The notes beneath the pieces are model-generated. The model worked only from the letters and a program-made list of their open reading frames with translations. It was not told the origin of the DNA and did no database searches. The position numbers and the translations under genes were made by a program. Below are positions 20,115 to 29,569 of a stretch of 64,000 bases of DNA, piece after piece (position 1 is the first letter of the stretch; every line of letters begins with the position of its first letter). The DNA is from an uncultured Methanosarcinales archaeon (GTDB lineage Archaea > Nanobdellota > Nanobdellia > Woesearchaeales > ARS49): contig CAZWVL010000005.1 of the NCBI GenBank assembly GCA_964637115.1, positions 1 to 64,000 of the forward strand, in the 5' to 3' direction.

Positions 20115-20863
20115 TTTTGTGCCACCAGCACTATATTGGGCGAGAGTTGTTTGTTAGGTATGTACTTGAGACCTGCTAGCTTGAGAATAAAGTGCAATGC
20201 CTTGTTTGCGAATCCTGCCATTTTCACGAAGGGTTTCAGCATTAATGACTTGTTGACCACCCAGAAATTGAATGTCTCATAATAATTGCAGTAATGTATC
20301 TTGAGCCCGTATTTTTCAGCAAGCTTCCTCCATAAGTCCGGTTCCATGACGCTAAAGTTGTGTGTTTTCAGTGTTCTGGAGTCAAATATGCTGTGCAGGT
20401 AGTATTGCATATTGCGGAAGTTTGGAAGCGAGATTATCAGATAGCCTCCTTTGGCAAGTAAATCAAGATGTTTCTTGAAAACCAGCTCTGGGTTTCCAAA
20501 ATGTTCCACAAAACCATTGCTGTATACCAGGTTGTATTTTTTCCTTGTTTTGAACGTGAAGAAGTCTTGTTTGTGGATTTCTGCTTTTATTCCTTGTTTT
20601 TCAAAATAGTTCCTCACTTCTTCTGTTCTGTCTGAATAATCAATGCCTGATGGCTTGTATCCATAATGCGTGTAAAAATACATCAGGTAATTTCCTGGCA
20701 CGCAGCCTACTTCGAATGCAGTCCAAGATTTGTTTGGTGGCAGTATTTTCCGCAGAAGTCTGTGATAGCAAGGCTTAAAATCACTCGTCGGCTGTATTCC
20801 TGTCCAGAAGCGCTCCCAGTGCTCTTTTGTGCTGTACTCCTCGTAAAAATTTTCAAGTCTCAT
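20111..20863 (-). CDS. Class I SAM-dependent methyltransferase
   Basis: FEVGCVPG, GIDYS, DFF, YNLVYSNGFVEH, LAKGG. Confidence 0.85.
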   Translation of the reverse strand: MRLENFYEEYSTKEHWERFWTGIQPTSDFKPCYHRLLRKILPPNKSWTAFEVGCVPGNYLMYFYTHYGYKPSGIDYSDRTEEVRNYFEKQGIKAEIHKQDFFTFKTRKKYNLVYSNGFVEHFGNPELVFKKHLDLLAKGGYLIISLPNFRNMQYYLHSIFDSRTLKTHNFSVMEPDLWRKLAEKYGLKIHYCNYYETFNFWVVNKSLMLKPFVKMAGFANKALHFILKLAGLKYIPNKQLSPNIVLVAQK

Positions 20864-20951
20864 GACTTCTAAAGTTCAGACAAAAATGGCGCATTTAAAG
20901 ATGTATGTTCTTCACACTAGCTTTTTATATACCTCTGTGCTCCAGCGCATT

Positions 20952-22265
20952 ATGGATTTTGGATTTCGTTCAACGGTGAAGCTTCTTGTTCAGAGAATCC
21001 GCAATCATAACTATATCCTGAAGAATTCTTTGTGGCTCATAGGCTCTGAAATTATTGCAAAGCTGGTGTTGTTTGGTGTTGTAATTCTGCTTGCGCGGCA
21101 TTTGGGCGCAGAGGGCTATGGCAAGCTGCAGTTTGCGCTTTCATTTGCAGGCATTTTTGGCATGTTTATGGATCTTGGCATGAACAGTTTGGCCGTGCGG
21201 GAGCTTTCGCGCATGAGAGAACGGTTTGCCGTATTCACTCCAAATGTTATTTTTCTGAAACTGGTGCTGTTCGTTGCATCGATTGCGATTATGTATGGAA
21301 TTTTAATTGCGATTGGAAAGCCGCCCCAGATAATCGTATTGTCACTTATGGCGTGCTTCTATTACTTATTTCAAAGCCTGATCGAATTTTTGAGGTATGT
21401 CTATCAAGCTTTTGAGAAAATGTACCTGCAGGCTTACTCGCGGCTGTTCTATTGTCTGCTGCTCGGGGCCGGAGTTGCGCTTCTAGTCTTCAAGAATGTG
21501 GGTGTCATTGCAATCATGGCTGGCTACGTGTTTGCCATAGCACTTACTTTTGTTTTCAGTTTTCTGCTATTTTCTCGTAAAATTGGCACGTTTCCGTTCA
21601 AAATAGACGTGGCATTCATCAAACAGTTGCTGAAAGTAGTATTTCCTTTTACTCTTATTGCTGTGATTGCGATTATAAATTTGCGGATTGACACGATTAT
21701 GCTTTCCTTAATGCTCGACGATAAGGCAGTTGGCATATATTCCGTTGCTGTTAGTTTGCTAACCGCTGTAATGTTCGTTCCAGGCTATTTTTCAGTGTCT
21801 CTGGCTCCCTCAATGAATCGTTTTTTTAAGACAGATGTGCGTAAGCTGCTTGTCATGTTCAAGAGTGTGTTTTGGGTGATGCTTCTTCTCGGCGTGGCCG
21901 GCGGTCTTGCACTGTTTTTTGTTTCCAAGCCAGTGCTGACAGTGTTTTTTGGCGCTGAATATGCGCCTAGCGTTCCCGTGCTTCAGATTCTTTCAGCAAG
22001 CTTCTTTTTGTCATTTGTTTTATTAATCGCGGGATCAGTCTGCGTGGCCATTGACAAGCAAAAATTTTATGCTGCAGTAATAGCAGTGTCTGTTTTCATC
22101 AATATAGTCCTGAACTATCTGCTGATTAAGTCAATTGGTATTTCAGGAGCCGCAGTTGGCACAGTAATCGCCCAGCTGTTCCAGGTTGTTGTTATCTTTT
22201 TCTTTTTGAAGCGCCGCGGGTTTTTCTTTGTCGCGCCTGTTCCCAAAGAAGCGAAGCTAAGATAA
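20952..22265 (+). CDS. Wzx/MATE-like oligosaccharide flippase
   Basis: KNSLW, LARHLGAEGYG, DLG, RIDTIML, VGIYSVA, NYLLI, GAAVGT; start placed at 20952, about 20 nt after TTTTTATATA. Confidence 0.88.
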   Translation: MDFGFRSTVKLLVQRIRNHNYILKNSLWLIGSEIIAKLVLFGVVILLARHLGAEGYGKLQFALSFAGIFGMFMDLGMNSLAVRELSRMRERFAVFTPNVIFLKLVLFVASIAIMYGILIAIGKPPQIIVLSLMACFYYLFQSLIEFLRYVYQAFEKMYLQAYSRLFYCLLLGAGVALLVFKNVGVIAIMAGYVFAIALTFVFSFLLFSRKIGTFPFKIDVAFIKQLLKVVFPFTLIAVIAIINLRIDTIMLSLMLDDKAVGIYSVAVSLLTAVMFVPGYFSVSLAPSMNRFFKTDVRKLLVMFKSVFWVMLLLGVAGGLALFFVSKPVLTVFFGAEYAPSVPVLQILSASFFLSFVLLIAGSVCVAIDKQKFYAAVIAVSVFINIVLNYLLIKSIGISGAAVGTVIAQLFQVVVIFFFLKRRGFFFVAPVPKEAKLR

Positions 22266-22557
22266 TGACTGCTGCGCAGCTTAGTGCGGTTGTTGTGGTA
22301 TAGGGGATGTTCAGCAGTCGCAGTAAATATACTGCTTCTGACATAAGCACGATGCCAAGTATTAGGCTCAGGGTATTCTGTTCAAGCACGCTTTCACTTT
22401 TGTATATATTTTTCAAGAAAAGGTATCCGGGCAGATAAAGTAAAAAGTATAGTATTAGGGCCATTCTAATCGCCTGTCCAAACGGCATAAAAATTGAGAG
22501 CGCTGCCAGTAGGAAGAGTGCGAGTGCCGTTGCCCAGGTTAATTTTTTGTTCAGCAT
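22192..22557 (-). CDS. Small membrane protein (DUF1616-like)
   Basis: 4 hydrophobic segments; LLYLPGY...LEQNTLSLILG pattern; overlaps the upstream stop. Confidence 0.6.
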   Translation of the reverse strand: MLNKKLTWATALALFLLAALSIFMPFGQAIRMALILYFLLYLPGYLFLKNIYKSESVLEQNTLSLILGIVLMSEAVYLLRLLNIPYTTTTALSCAAVIILASLLWEQARQRKTRGASKRKR

Positions 22558-24074
22558 GTGTATCGTAAAAGTTCCATCTTGTTGTACTGTGCAACGCGTT
22601 CTGTGCACGTTTCGAATTTTTTTTGTTGTCCGCGGGGGCTTTTCTCTCCAAGGTAAATGTAGAGCGGTTTTGGGTGTCTGTCCATCAATTCTTGTATTCT
22701 GGTGAAGTTTTCAGCGTGCCAGTATTTTGTCCATTCGTTCCGCGTCCACTTGCCTGCATTGAACAATCCTGGTGCAGCCACTGGGCGCTGGCTTAGCGCC
22801 TCTAACCAGTGCGCATCTTCAACCATGTTTGACAGGAGCGTGCTGTTTGCTTCTGTTATGCTGGGGATATCTTTCATGAATGCGTACTCCTCTGGAGAGA
22901 TGTTTGGATGAGCCTTGAGTGCTTCTCTGCCGGTTGTTACTGCCATCGATAGCACAACGGCAATTATCAGCGCAATTGCCAGTTTTCTTTTAACGGCAAG
23001 AATCGTGCTGAACGCGTATCCTGCATAGAGTATGAAAATGACGTCGAGGAATATCACGAATCTGTTGTAGAAGAACAGTTTGAGGAATACAACCACAAAG
23101 TTTATGACAAACCAATAGAACAGCAGGTTAAACTTTCTGCTTTTGAGAGCTATTAAAAATCCGAGAAAGGCAAAACACAAGTAGGGTAGTGTACTGAACA
23201 TGTAATCGGTGAAACTCATAAAGCTTCCGGGAGTGCTGTTGATGAGGTTGCTTGTTGCTGAGATGAACAACGGTCCGATTGCCTGCAGGTAAAACAGTAT
23301 GCCTGCCACCAAAGTAATTGCGCCTGTCGAAACAAGTGCGAACAACTCCTTTTTGTCTCTTATTTTTGTTGCAGTATGTGCAAGATAGCAGAGTCCGTAA
23401 AGGAGAAATGTCGGCTGCTGTACTCCTGCTACAAGCACGCCGGTTAGAACAGCAGGAACATATTTTTTTCTGTGCAGGAAAAGCATCGCTGCGAGCAAAA
23501 GGGATATGCCAAGAATGTTCTTAATATATGTAAGTTCAAAGGTAACGTATTGTGCAAGTGAAACAGAGTAGAGAAGCATGGCAAGTGCGCCTGCTTGCCT
23601 GTTGAAGAATGTTGAGCCTGATAAATAAATCAAGATTCCCAGTAGAATCTCAAGCAGTATGACTCCAGTTGTAAGAAGAACTTCAGTCTGTATTCCAAAG
23701 CGTGTAAATATTGTTGTCAGCATGAACAAGCCTGGCGGAGACCATCCGGCAAACCATTGCTCAACAGCATCCGAAGCGTATTGGTCTATTGCAGCAGTGT
23801 AGAATGCGGCATCATATCCTATCGGTATGTTGTATTGCAGGTAAGGAATGATGCGGAACAGGATTATTAGCGCAACGGCAAGCCAAACAATCCATCCAGT
23901 TCGGATTCTTGACTGCTTCTCATTCAGAGCCAGTGCGCCTATGCCTGCAATTATGACTGCGAATATTTCAAAATGCAGTGCGTATCTTGGCACAATCTTT
24001 ATTGTTACGAGCGCTGCCGTCAGGACGTATATGACTATAAGCTGCCAGAACGACTGTCTTAATATTCGCATCAT
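22551..24074 (-). CDS. Polytopic GT-C-like membrane protein
   Basis: About 12 TM; IGYDAAFY loop motif; soluble C-terminal domain; G-rich SD-like run before the ATG at 24074. Confidence 0.6.
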   Translation of the reverse strand: MMRILRQSFWQLIVIYVLTAALVTIKIVPRYALHFEIFAVIIAGIGALALNEKQSRIRTGWIVWLAVALIILFRIIPYLQYNIPIGYDAAFYTAAIDQYASDAVEQWFAGWSPPGLFMLTTIFTRFGIQTEVLLTTGVILLEILLGILIYLSGSTFFNRQAGALAMLLYSVSLAQYVTFELTYIKNILGISLLLAAMLFLHRKKYVPAVLTGVLVAGVQQPTFLLYGLCYLAHTATKIRDKKELFALVSTGAITLVAGILFYLQAIGPLFISATSNLINSTPGSFMSFTDYMFSTLPYLCFAFLGFLIALKSRKFNLLFYWFVINFVVVFLKLFFYNRFVIFLDVIFILYAGYAFSTILAVKRKLAIALIIAVVLSMAVTTGREALKAHPNISPEEYAFMKDIPSITEANSTLLSNMVEDAHWLEALSQRPVAAPGLFNAGKWTRNEWTKYWHAENFTRIQELMDRHPKPLYIYLGEKSPRGQQKKFETCTERVAQYNKMELLRYTC

Positions 24075-24102
24075 GCCCCCCAATCACAGTTTGGACTGTC
24101 AT

Positions 24103-24112
24103 TATTTAAATA
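24103..24112. promoter_or_regulatory. Palindromic TATA box (TATTTAAATA), probable bidirectional promoter
   Basis: Perfect 10-bp palindrome between divergent ATGs at 24074 and 24135. Confidence 0.55.
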
Positions 24113-24134
24113 TGTGTTCGTTTCCAATCCATCA

Positions 24135-25214
24135 ATGCGGGTTGGGATTTTGGCGTATGCGCTTGATAGGAATAATACGGGTATTAGCCAGTATATTCGT
24201 AAGCTTATCAATAATTTAAAGAAAAATCATGATCTTACAATTGTTCATTTGAGAAAGTCTGGTGATCCGGTGTATGCCGGCACGCGTGAAGTTCTGATTC
24301 CTCGTTTGTTTCACTCGTCGCCTTTGATTCGTTTGTATATGAATTTCGCATTGCGTAACCCGAATGTTGATGTTTTGTATCATCCCGGCCCAATAGGGTA
24401 TCTGATTAAGCCTAATGTGCCGTTTGTGCAGTCAATGCACGATATGACTCCGCTTAAGATTCCAGAATCGCAGAATTTGCTTAGTAGGTGGGGCTATAGG
24501 CTTCTGATGAAAGCATATGCGCGGACAGCTGATGGATTGCTGACATTGAGCGAGAGCTCAAAGAATGATGTATGTTCAATGCTTAACATTTCAAGGTCGA
24601 GAGTTTACGTAACTCCTCTTGCGTCTATTTATCGTATGCCGAAAAGAAGCGAGGCACAGAGAGTGAAAAAGAAGTACAAGCTTGCAAATCCGTATTTTAT
24701 TTTTGTGGGCACTCGCATGGTGCATAAAAATCTGGTTCGAATGCTTGAAGGCTTTGTGCAGTCAGGCAGCCAAAATCATTTTGTGCTTGTGGGTGCTGAA
24801 GGCTACAGAAGTTGGGAGATTCACGCTGCTGTACGGAGGCTGAAGATAGCTGATAAGGTGCACTTTTTGGATAATGTTCCAAATAGCGATTTGCCAGGAT
24901 TGTACGCTTCCGCCGACGCTTTGGTGTTCGTGTCTTTGAGCGAAGGCTTTGGTCTTCCTGTTATCGAGGCCATGTCCTGTGGATGTCCAGTAATAGCCAG
25001 CAGAATTTCAAGCATTCCTGAAGTTGCAGGAGATGCTGCGTTGTACGTTGACCCTTACAATGTTGATGATATTGCGCAGGCTATGCGTGTGGTTGGGAGA
25101 AAGCGGGCGTTTTTGATTCGCAAGGGATTCAGGCAGGCCAGAAAGTTCAGCTGGAAGAAAACTGCTGAGCAAACTAGCAGAGTATTTCGTTTACTTGTTA
25201 AAGGCAAGTCTTGA
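24135..25214 (+). CDS. GT4 glycosyltransferase (WbaZ/MtfB-like)
   Basis: TGISQY, HDMTP, VGT...KN, EGFGLPVIEAMSCGCPVI, SSIPEVAG. Confidence 0.92.
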   Translation: MRVGILAYALDRNNTGISQYIRKLINNLKKNHDLTIVHLRKSGDPVYAGTREVLIPRLFHSSPLIRLYMNFALRNPNVDVLYHPGPIGYLIKPNVPFVQSMHDMTPLKIPESQNLLSRWGYRLLMKAYARTADGLLTLSESSKNDVCSMLNISRSRVYVTPLASIYRMPKRSEAQRVKKKYKLANPYFIFVGTRMVHKNLVRMLEGFVQSGSQNHFVLVGAEGYRSWEIHAAVRRLKIADKVHFLDNVPNSDLPGLYASADALVFVSLSEGFGLPVIEAMSCGCPVIASRISSIPEVAGDAALYVDPYNVDDIAQAMRVVGRKRAFLIRKGFRQARKFSWKKTAEQTSRVFRLLVKGKS

Positions 25215-26211
25215 AAGCATTGATATATTGTTTTGCAATTGTGTTCCAGGAATATTTCCGTCTGGTGAAATCACTGAATTTCCTGTTTCTTGCAAGCTTT
25301 ATGCTTTCTATCTTTTGTTTCATCTCTGCAGGAACTCCTTCGTTCACAAGATACCCATTTTTACCATCAATGATGGCATCAGTGATTCCATCCACTCTTG
25401 TAGCGATGACCGGAAGCCCGGTCGCGGCTGCTTCAAGAGCGACCAGGCCGAACCCTTCGACATCATTTTTGACAGTTATGTTTGGCATGATGAAAATGTC
25501 TGCGGCTTTGTATATTTTTTTGAGTGTTTCATCATCCGCATTTGTGATGAGTCTTACCCTATTTTGCAGGCCGTTCTGCTTGATATGTTCTGCAATAATG
25601 CTTCTTTCCGGTCCTTTGCCGACGATGACATATTCGTAGGACTTGCGCAGGTTCGGAAAGACATCTTTGAGGAACACGAGTACTCCCTTTCGCTTTACAA
25701 GTCTTCCCACGGTAAGCAATAGTTTTCTTTTACCAAATTTTTTATCAGTAAATGAAAAGCTGGAATTGACTCCCACGGGAATCACGATAGTTTTACTGGA
25801 GGGAACCCTTTTGCAGGCAATTCGCTGAGCGTAAGTGCTGATGCAGATATATTTGTCCATCTTTCCCAAAAACAGGTCAAGATATTTTTGATACAGCTGA
25901 TTTGGGTAAGTGAGGTCAAGCCCGTGGCACGTGACTGCAACAGGAATGTTGAATATTTTTTTAAGCGCTACGCCGATAACGCTGAGCACGGGGTCTCCGA
26001 TGTGGATGATGTCAATATTGCGTTTTCTGCAGTGGGCGCACGCTTTTATGAATGCTGAAATTAAAAAAAAAGGCAGCCATTTTTGGCTTCCTCTCCAAGC
26101 GATTTTGTGGCATTCTGCAGCTTTTGATATCGATTCTGTCAGATGGTAGCTTAAGTTTTCCATTCCGCCGCTTGATGGCGGGTGTTTTCTTGTTATGAAG
26201 AGTATTCTCAT
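25198..26211 (-). CDS. GT4 glycosyltransferase
   Basis: GGMEN, HGLD, VGRLVKRKG, EGFGLVALEAAATG. Confidence 0.92.
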   Translation of the reverse strand: MRILFITRKHPPSSGGMENLSYHLTESISKAAECHKIAWRGSQKWLPFFLISAFIKACAHCRKRNIDIIHIGDPVLSVIGVALKKIFNIPVAVTCHGLDLTYPNQLYQKYLDLFLGKMDKYICISTYAQRIACKRVPSSKTIVIPVGVNSSFSFTDKKFGKRKLLLTVGRLVKRKGVLVFLKDVFPNLRKSYEYVIVGKGPERSIIAEHIKQNGLQNRVRLITNADDETLKKIYKAADIFIMPNITVKNDVEGFGLVALEAAATGLPVIATRVDGITDAIIDGKNGYLVNEGVPAEMKQKIESIKLARNRKFSDFTRRKYSWNTIAKQYINAFKTCL

Positions 26212-28256
26212 TTGCTTGGCTGTATCTGATAGAGGGACACGTCTTGCCTGAGTTCATAAAGTTCGTCAGGAAGATAAAAGAGCTTGTGATAATGCGGTTT
26301 CCATTCTTTCTGCCTGCTCATACCTTTCCAGATTACGGTTCTGTAATAAACAGGTTTTAAGCTGAACTGAGTTGAGAGGGAATTCTTTATTTTTTCATGC
26401 GGCAAAAGCACATAGATGTTTTTTTCCTTTGAAAGAGCTGATAGGTATGCGTTTGATTGGTTATTAAGCTCTGTTAAGAGGAGAATGTCCCTGCCGAAAA
26501 TATAACGAAGAGGGGTGGCGTATTTGTGGGAGTCTCCTTCGTTTAAGAATAAAATCAGTGCAGGCTCGGAAATATTCTGGTCGAGTTCTGACAATATTTC
26601 TGCCAACCCTTCAAATTCGTCAGTAGTGAATATTTTTACAGTCGTTGCTGCGAAGGGCACCGCGATGAGAAGGATAAGTAGCGCTGCAAAAATTTTTTTA
26701 GGCAGTGGGCGCATAAATATTTTGTTTTGAAGTATGAAATGGCTGATTCCAATGATTAGCGCCGGCAGTATCACAGGCAGAAATCTTCGCACCCACCATG
26801 GATGCACAGGAGTAATGGCTGACTTTATTGCGTAAAGACTGAGAAAGAGAGAGCAGGTGATGATCAGAAGCACGATATTCTTGTTTTTGTTCCATGGCAT
26901 GATGAGCAGCCCGAGAAATCCCATAAAGAATCCAATCGGAGTTATGTACCAAAACAAATTAGTGAGATTAACTGTAATGTTTGGCAAAATTTTGTGGGAC
27001 AGCACGCTGAAGAGTGCCACGAGCAGCCAGATAATGAGTGAAATTATTAATTTCTGCCTGGGGCTTGTGTCTATGCGTTTATTTGCAATAAACTTGATGA
27101 GCAAAAATAGAAGCAAGCCTCCAACGATAAGTGGCCAATATTGAACGGGCAGCTGGCTGAAGTGCAAAAGGTCTACTTTTACCAGAAAGAGAGTTTTGAC
27201 AAGAAATGAAGCATAATAGCGTGACAGAGTTGCAACAGCAAGTATGCAGTATGCAAAGAGGAAAGCAAACGGGATGAAAAAATATCGCAATTGCGCGTTT
27301 TTTTGGGTCAGGTGTATATATGCCAGGTAGCCGACAATAACCGGGATTACAACAAGAAATTCAACGCGTGTGAGCATGCCGCTGGCCACGGCGAGTGCAG
27401 TCCATGCTCCTGCAGCTGAAATTTTGCTTTCTGTGAATAGGTACAGCAGATAGAGTGTCAGGAAAAAGTAAAATTGCATCATTACTTCAGAATTGGCGGT
27501 TAGCGTGTACCATGCTTGTGCAAAATTAATTGCCAGCAGCGCAGTTGCAAGAATGGCGATATTTGTCCCAAGTGTTTTTTTGAGGAAGAAGAACATGGCG
27601 GCGAGTGATAAAAGAGAGAACAGCGGCGCAACAAACAGGGTTCCTTTTAGTCCGAAAAGCAGATAAAAAATTGCTATCCATACGGGATACATGTGGTAAA
27701 ATTGCGGCGTTATTATCCCATTTTCCGGGTCGGTTATGTAAAATCCTGGCAACTCATTGCCGTAATTTCCCATAAGAGGGGGATCTTTGAATTTATAGAA
27801 CCCGGTTATTTTTGAACGGTACATCTCCTCAATTGTGCTTGATGCAATCAGGATTGCTCCGGTGTTTGCTATGTTAATGCCGGTGCTTATGTACACTCCA
27901 GGATCCAATCCTCCGTGAAATGCTTCCTGTGGGTTGAGGAAGATCAGCGATGCCGCAATCGCCGCAAAACAGGCCATGAAAAAAAGCTTGCGTGATGCAA
28001 ATACAAATTGAGGTTTTCTGATTAAGAAAGTTATTATGCACGTGACGGCGAGAATTGTGCAAAGACGCGGGAGGGAGAAAAGGGCGGTGTGGGCCAAAGT
28101 GAATGCGATTAATCCCGATAATAGTATGCTGGTTGCTATTTCAAAAAAGACCTGTTCAAAATCTCTTGTTTTTGGAGGAAATAAGCGTGAAATACAGTAT
28201 CCTGGCAGGTAGAAAAGAAGGGGTATTCCGAGTAAAGTGAGGAGTATGTTCATCAT
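26208..28256 (-). CDS. GT-C fold membrane protein (GT39-like) with N-terminal DUF1616-like segment
   Basis: YLPGY N-terminus; GGLDPGVY loop; PQFYHMYP; ANSE; more than 12 TM. Confidence 0.65.
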   Translation of the reverse strand: MMNILLTLLGIPLLFYLPGYCISRLFPPKTRDFEQVFFEIATSILLSGLIAFTLAHTALFSLPRLCTILAVTCIITFLIRKPQFVFASRKLFFMACFAAIAASLIFLNPQEAFHGGLDPGVYISTGINIANTGAILIASSTIEEMYRSKITGFYKFKDPPLMGNYGNELPGFYITDPENGIITPQFYHMYPVWIAIFYLLFGLKGTLFVAPLFSLLSLAAMFFFLKKTLGTNIAILATALLAINFAQAWYTLTANSEVMMQFYFFLTLYLLYLFTESKISAAGAWTALAVASGMLTRVEFLVVIPVIVGYLAYIHLTQKNAQLRYFFIPFAFLFAYCILAVATLSRYYASFLVKTLFLVKVDLLHFSQLPVQYWPLIVGGLLLFLLIKFIANKRIDTSPRQKLIISLIIWLLVALFSVLSHKILPNITVNLTNLFWYITPIGFFMGFLGLLIMPWNKNKNIVLLIITCSLFLSLYAIKSAITPVHPWWVRRFLPVILPALIIGISHFILQNKIFMRPLPKKIFAALLILLIAVPFAATTVKIFTTDEFEGLAEILSELDQNISEPALILFLNEGDSHKYATPLRYIFGRDILLLTELNNQSNAYLSALSKEKNIYVLLPHEKIKNSLSTQFSLKPVYYRTVIWKGMSRQKEWKPHYHKLFYLPDELYELRQDVSLYQIQPSK

Positions 28257-28275
28257 GATTCTGGCAGGGCATACA

Positions 28276-28283
28276 TTTTAAAA
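28276..28283. promoter_or_regulatory. Palindromic TATA-like box (TTTTAAAA) between divergent genes
   Basis: 19 nt from the ATG at 28256 (-) and 24 nt from the ATG at 28308 (+). Confidence 0.45.
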
Positions 28284-28307
28284 GAATGACGGTTGTATGC
28301 GCGAAGT

Positions 28308-28508
28308 ATGGACAGTAAGTGGAGAGATGTGTTGTTTGTTTGCTGCTCAGTGCTTGTAGCGCTTGTCATCTTTTTCCTGTTGACCGAACTGGTATTGCAA
28401 AATCGGTTTGCAGCGATTCACTTTTTTGGGATTAATATTGTTTTTTTCATCGTGCTGTTTACTGGTTGGTCTGTTATTGTCCTTCAGTATATTCGTGATG
28501 TTGAGTGA
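28308..28508 (+). CDS. Small 2-TM membrane protein
   Basis: Two hydrophobic helices; fills the gap between genes; TATA upstream. Confidence 0.5.
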   Translation: MDSKWRDVLFVCCSVLVALVIFFLLTELVLQNRFAAIHFFGINIVFFIVLFTGWSVIVLQYIRDVE

Positions 28509-29454
28509 TGCGCGATTCCATCTTTTTTATTCTATACAGCGCTTCTTCATTTATGCTTCGCTCTGCATCAATCGTGTCCGCCAGCAGCGCCAGCATGATT
28601 AGCTGGAATCCGACAATGAGGAAAACTGCTGCTGCTATTAGTGACTGGACGTGTCCTGCGTGCTGTCCGTTGAGCCAGAAAATTAGATATCTGAGCGCAA
28701 ATAATAATCCTGGCAGACTAACAAGTGCTCCTGAAAGTAAAAAAACTTTCAATGGCCTGTATCGGACGTAGCTTCTTATCAGCATGCTGCCCGCTCTTTT
28801 TGCATAGCTCCATATGTTCGAGATTAATCTTGACTGGCCTGTTCTTTTTTTGAACGTGCAGTCTGTCTGCACTATGTGCAGCCGTTTGTCCACTGCTTGT
28901 ATGATGGTTTCCTGGACATAGGTGTAATTGCTTCTGACATTTATCCGTAATGCTGCTTCTCTTGAAAATGCTCTGAAACCGGACTGCGCGTCTCTGACTG
29001 GGAATCCTGACACGTGGCGTGTGACGCAGCTCGCTACAATATTGCCATATTTCTTGCCAAACGGCATGTGGTCGAGTGAATGGACATTTCTGTTGGTAAG
29101 AACAACATCCGCCCATCCTTCAACAATTGGCTTGATTACTTTTGGGATTTCTTCACTATTATACTGTCCGTCGCCATCAATATTAACTATAATATCCGCG
29201 CCGTGTTTCAGGCAGAAATTGAGCCCGTGCTGGAATGTCTGCGCAAGTCCTTGCTGGGTGTGATTTGGTACAACATATGCTCCTGATTCTTTTGCTCTTT
29301 GAGCAGTTCTGTCTGTGCTGCCGTCGTCTATCACAACAGAAGTTATCCTGTCAACCCCTGCTATCTGTCTTGGAATGGTTCTGATGACCTGCGAAATAGT
29401 TGATTCTTCATTGTGCGCAGGTATCATTACAAAAAGATGCATTTCAGCCCCCAA
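28474..29454 (-). CDS. GT2 polyprenol/dolichol-phosphate glycosyltransferase (DPM1-like)
   Basis: IPAHNEE, DDGSTDRT, GL, NIDGDGQY, DAQSGFRAFSR, two C-terminal TM helices. Confidence 0.9.
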   Translation of the reverse strand: MGAEMHLFVMIPAHNEESTISQVIRTIPRQIAGVDRITSVVIDDGSTDRTAQRAKESGAYVVPNHTQQGLAQTFQHGLNFCLKHGADIIVNIDGDGQYNSEEIPKVIKPIVEGWADVVLTNRNVHSLDHMPFGKKYGNIVASCVTRHVSGFPVRDAQSGFRAFSREAALRINVRSNYTYVQETIIQAVDKRLHIVQTDCTFKKRTGQSRLISNIWSYAKRAGSMLIRSYVRYRPLKVFLLSGALVSLPGLLFALRYLIFWLNGQHAGHVQSLIAAAVFLIVGFQLIMLALLADTIDAERSINEEALYRIKKMESRITQHHEYTEGQ

Positions 29455-29569
29455 TTTGACTCTCGTTCAGGCACTTATTAAAGATTTCGCGAGAGCACTA
29501 TATGATATGAACGACCCAAAAGCTTAAAAAGGAAACTTACAGTTATATGACAAAAGAGCTGATTACAAT

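Noticed and set aside
26063-26071. A9 homopolymer in a GT4 gene as a phase-variation switch
   Set aside because: In frame, short, encodes an ordinary Phe-Phe-Leu stretch; no evidence of slippage without reads
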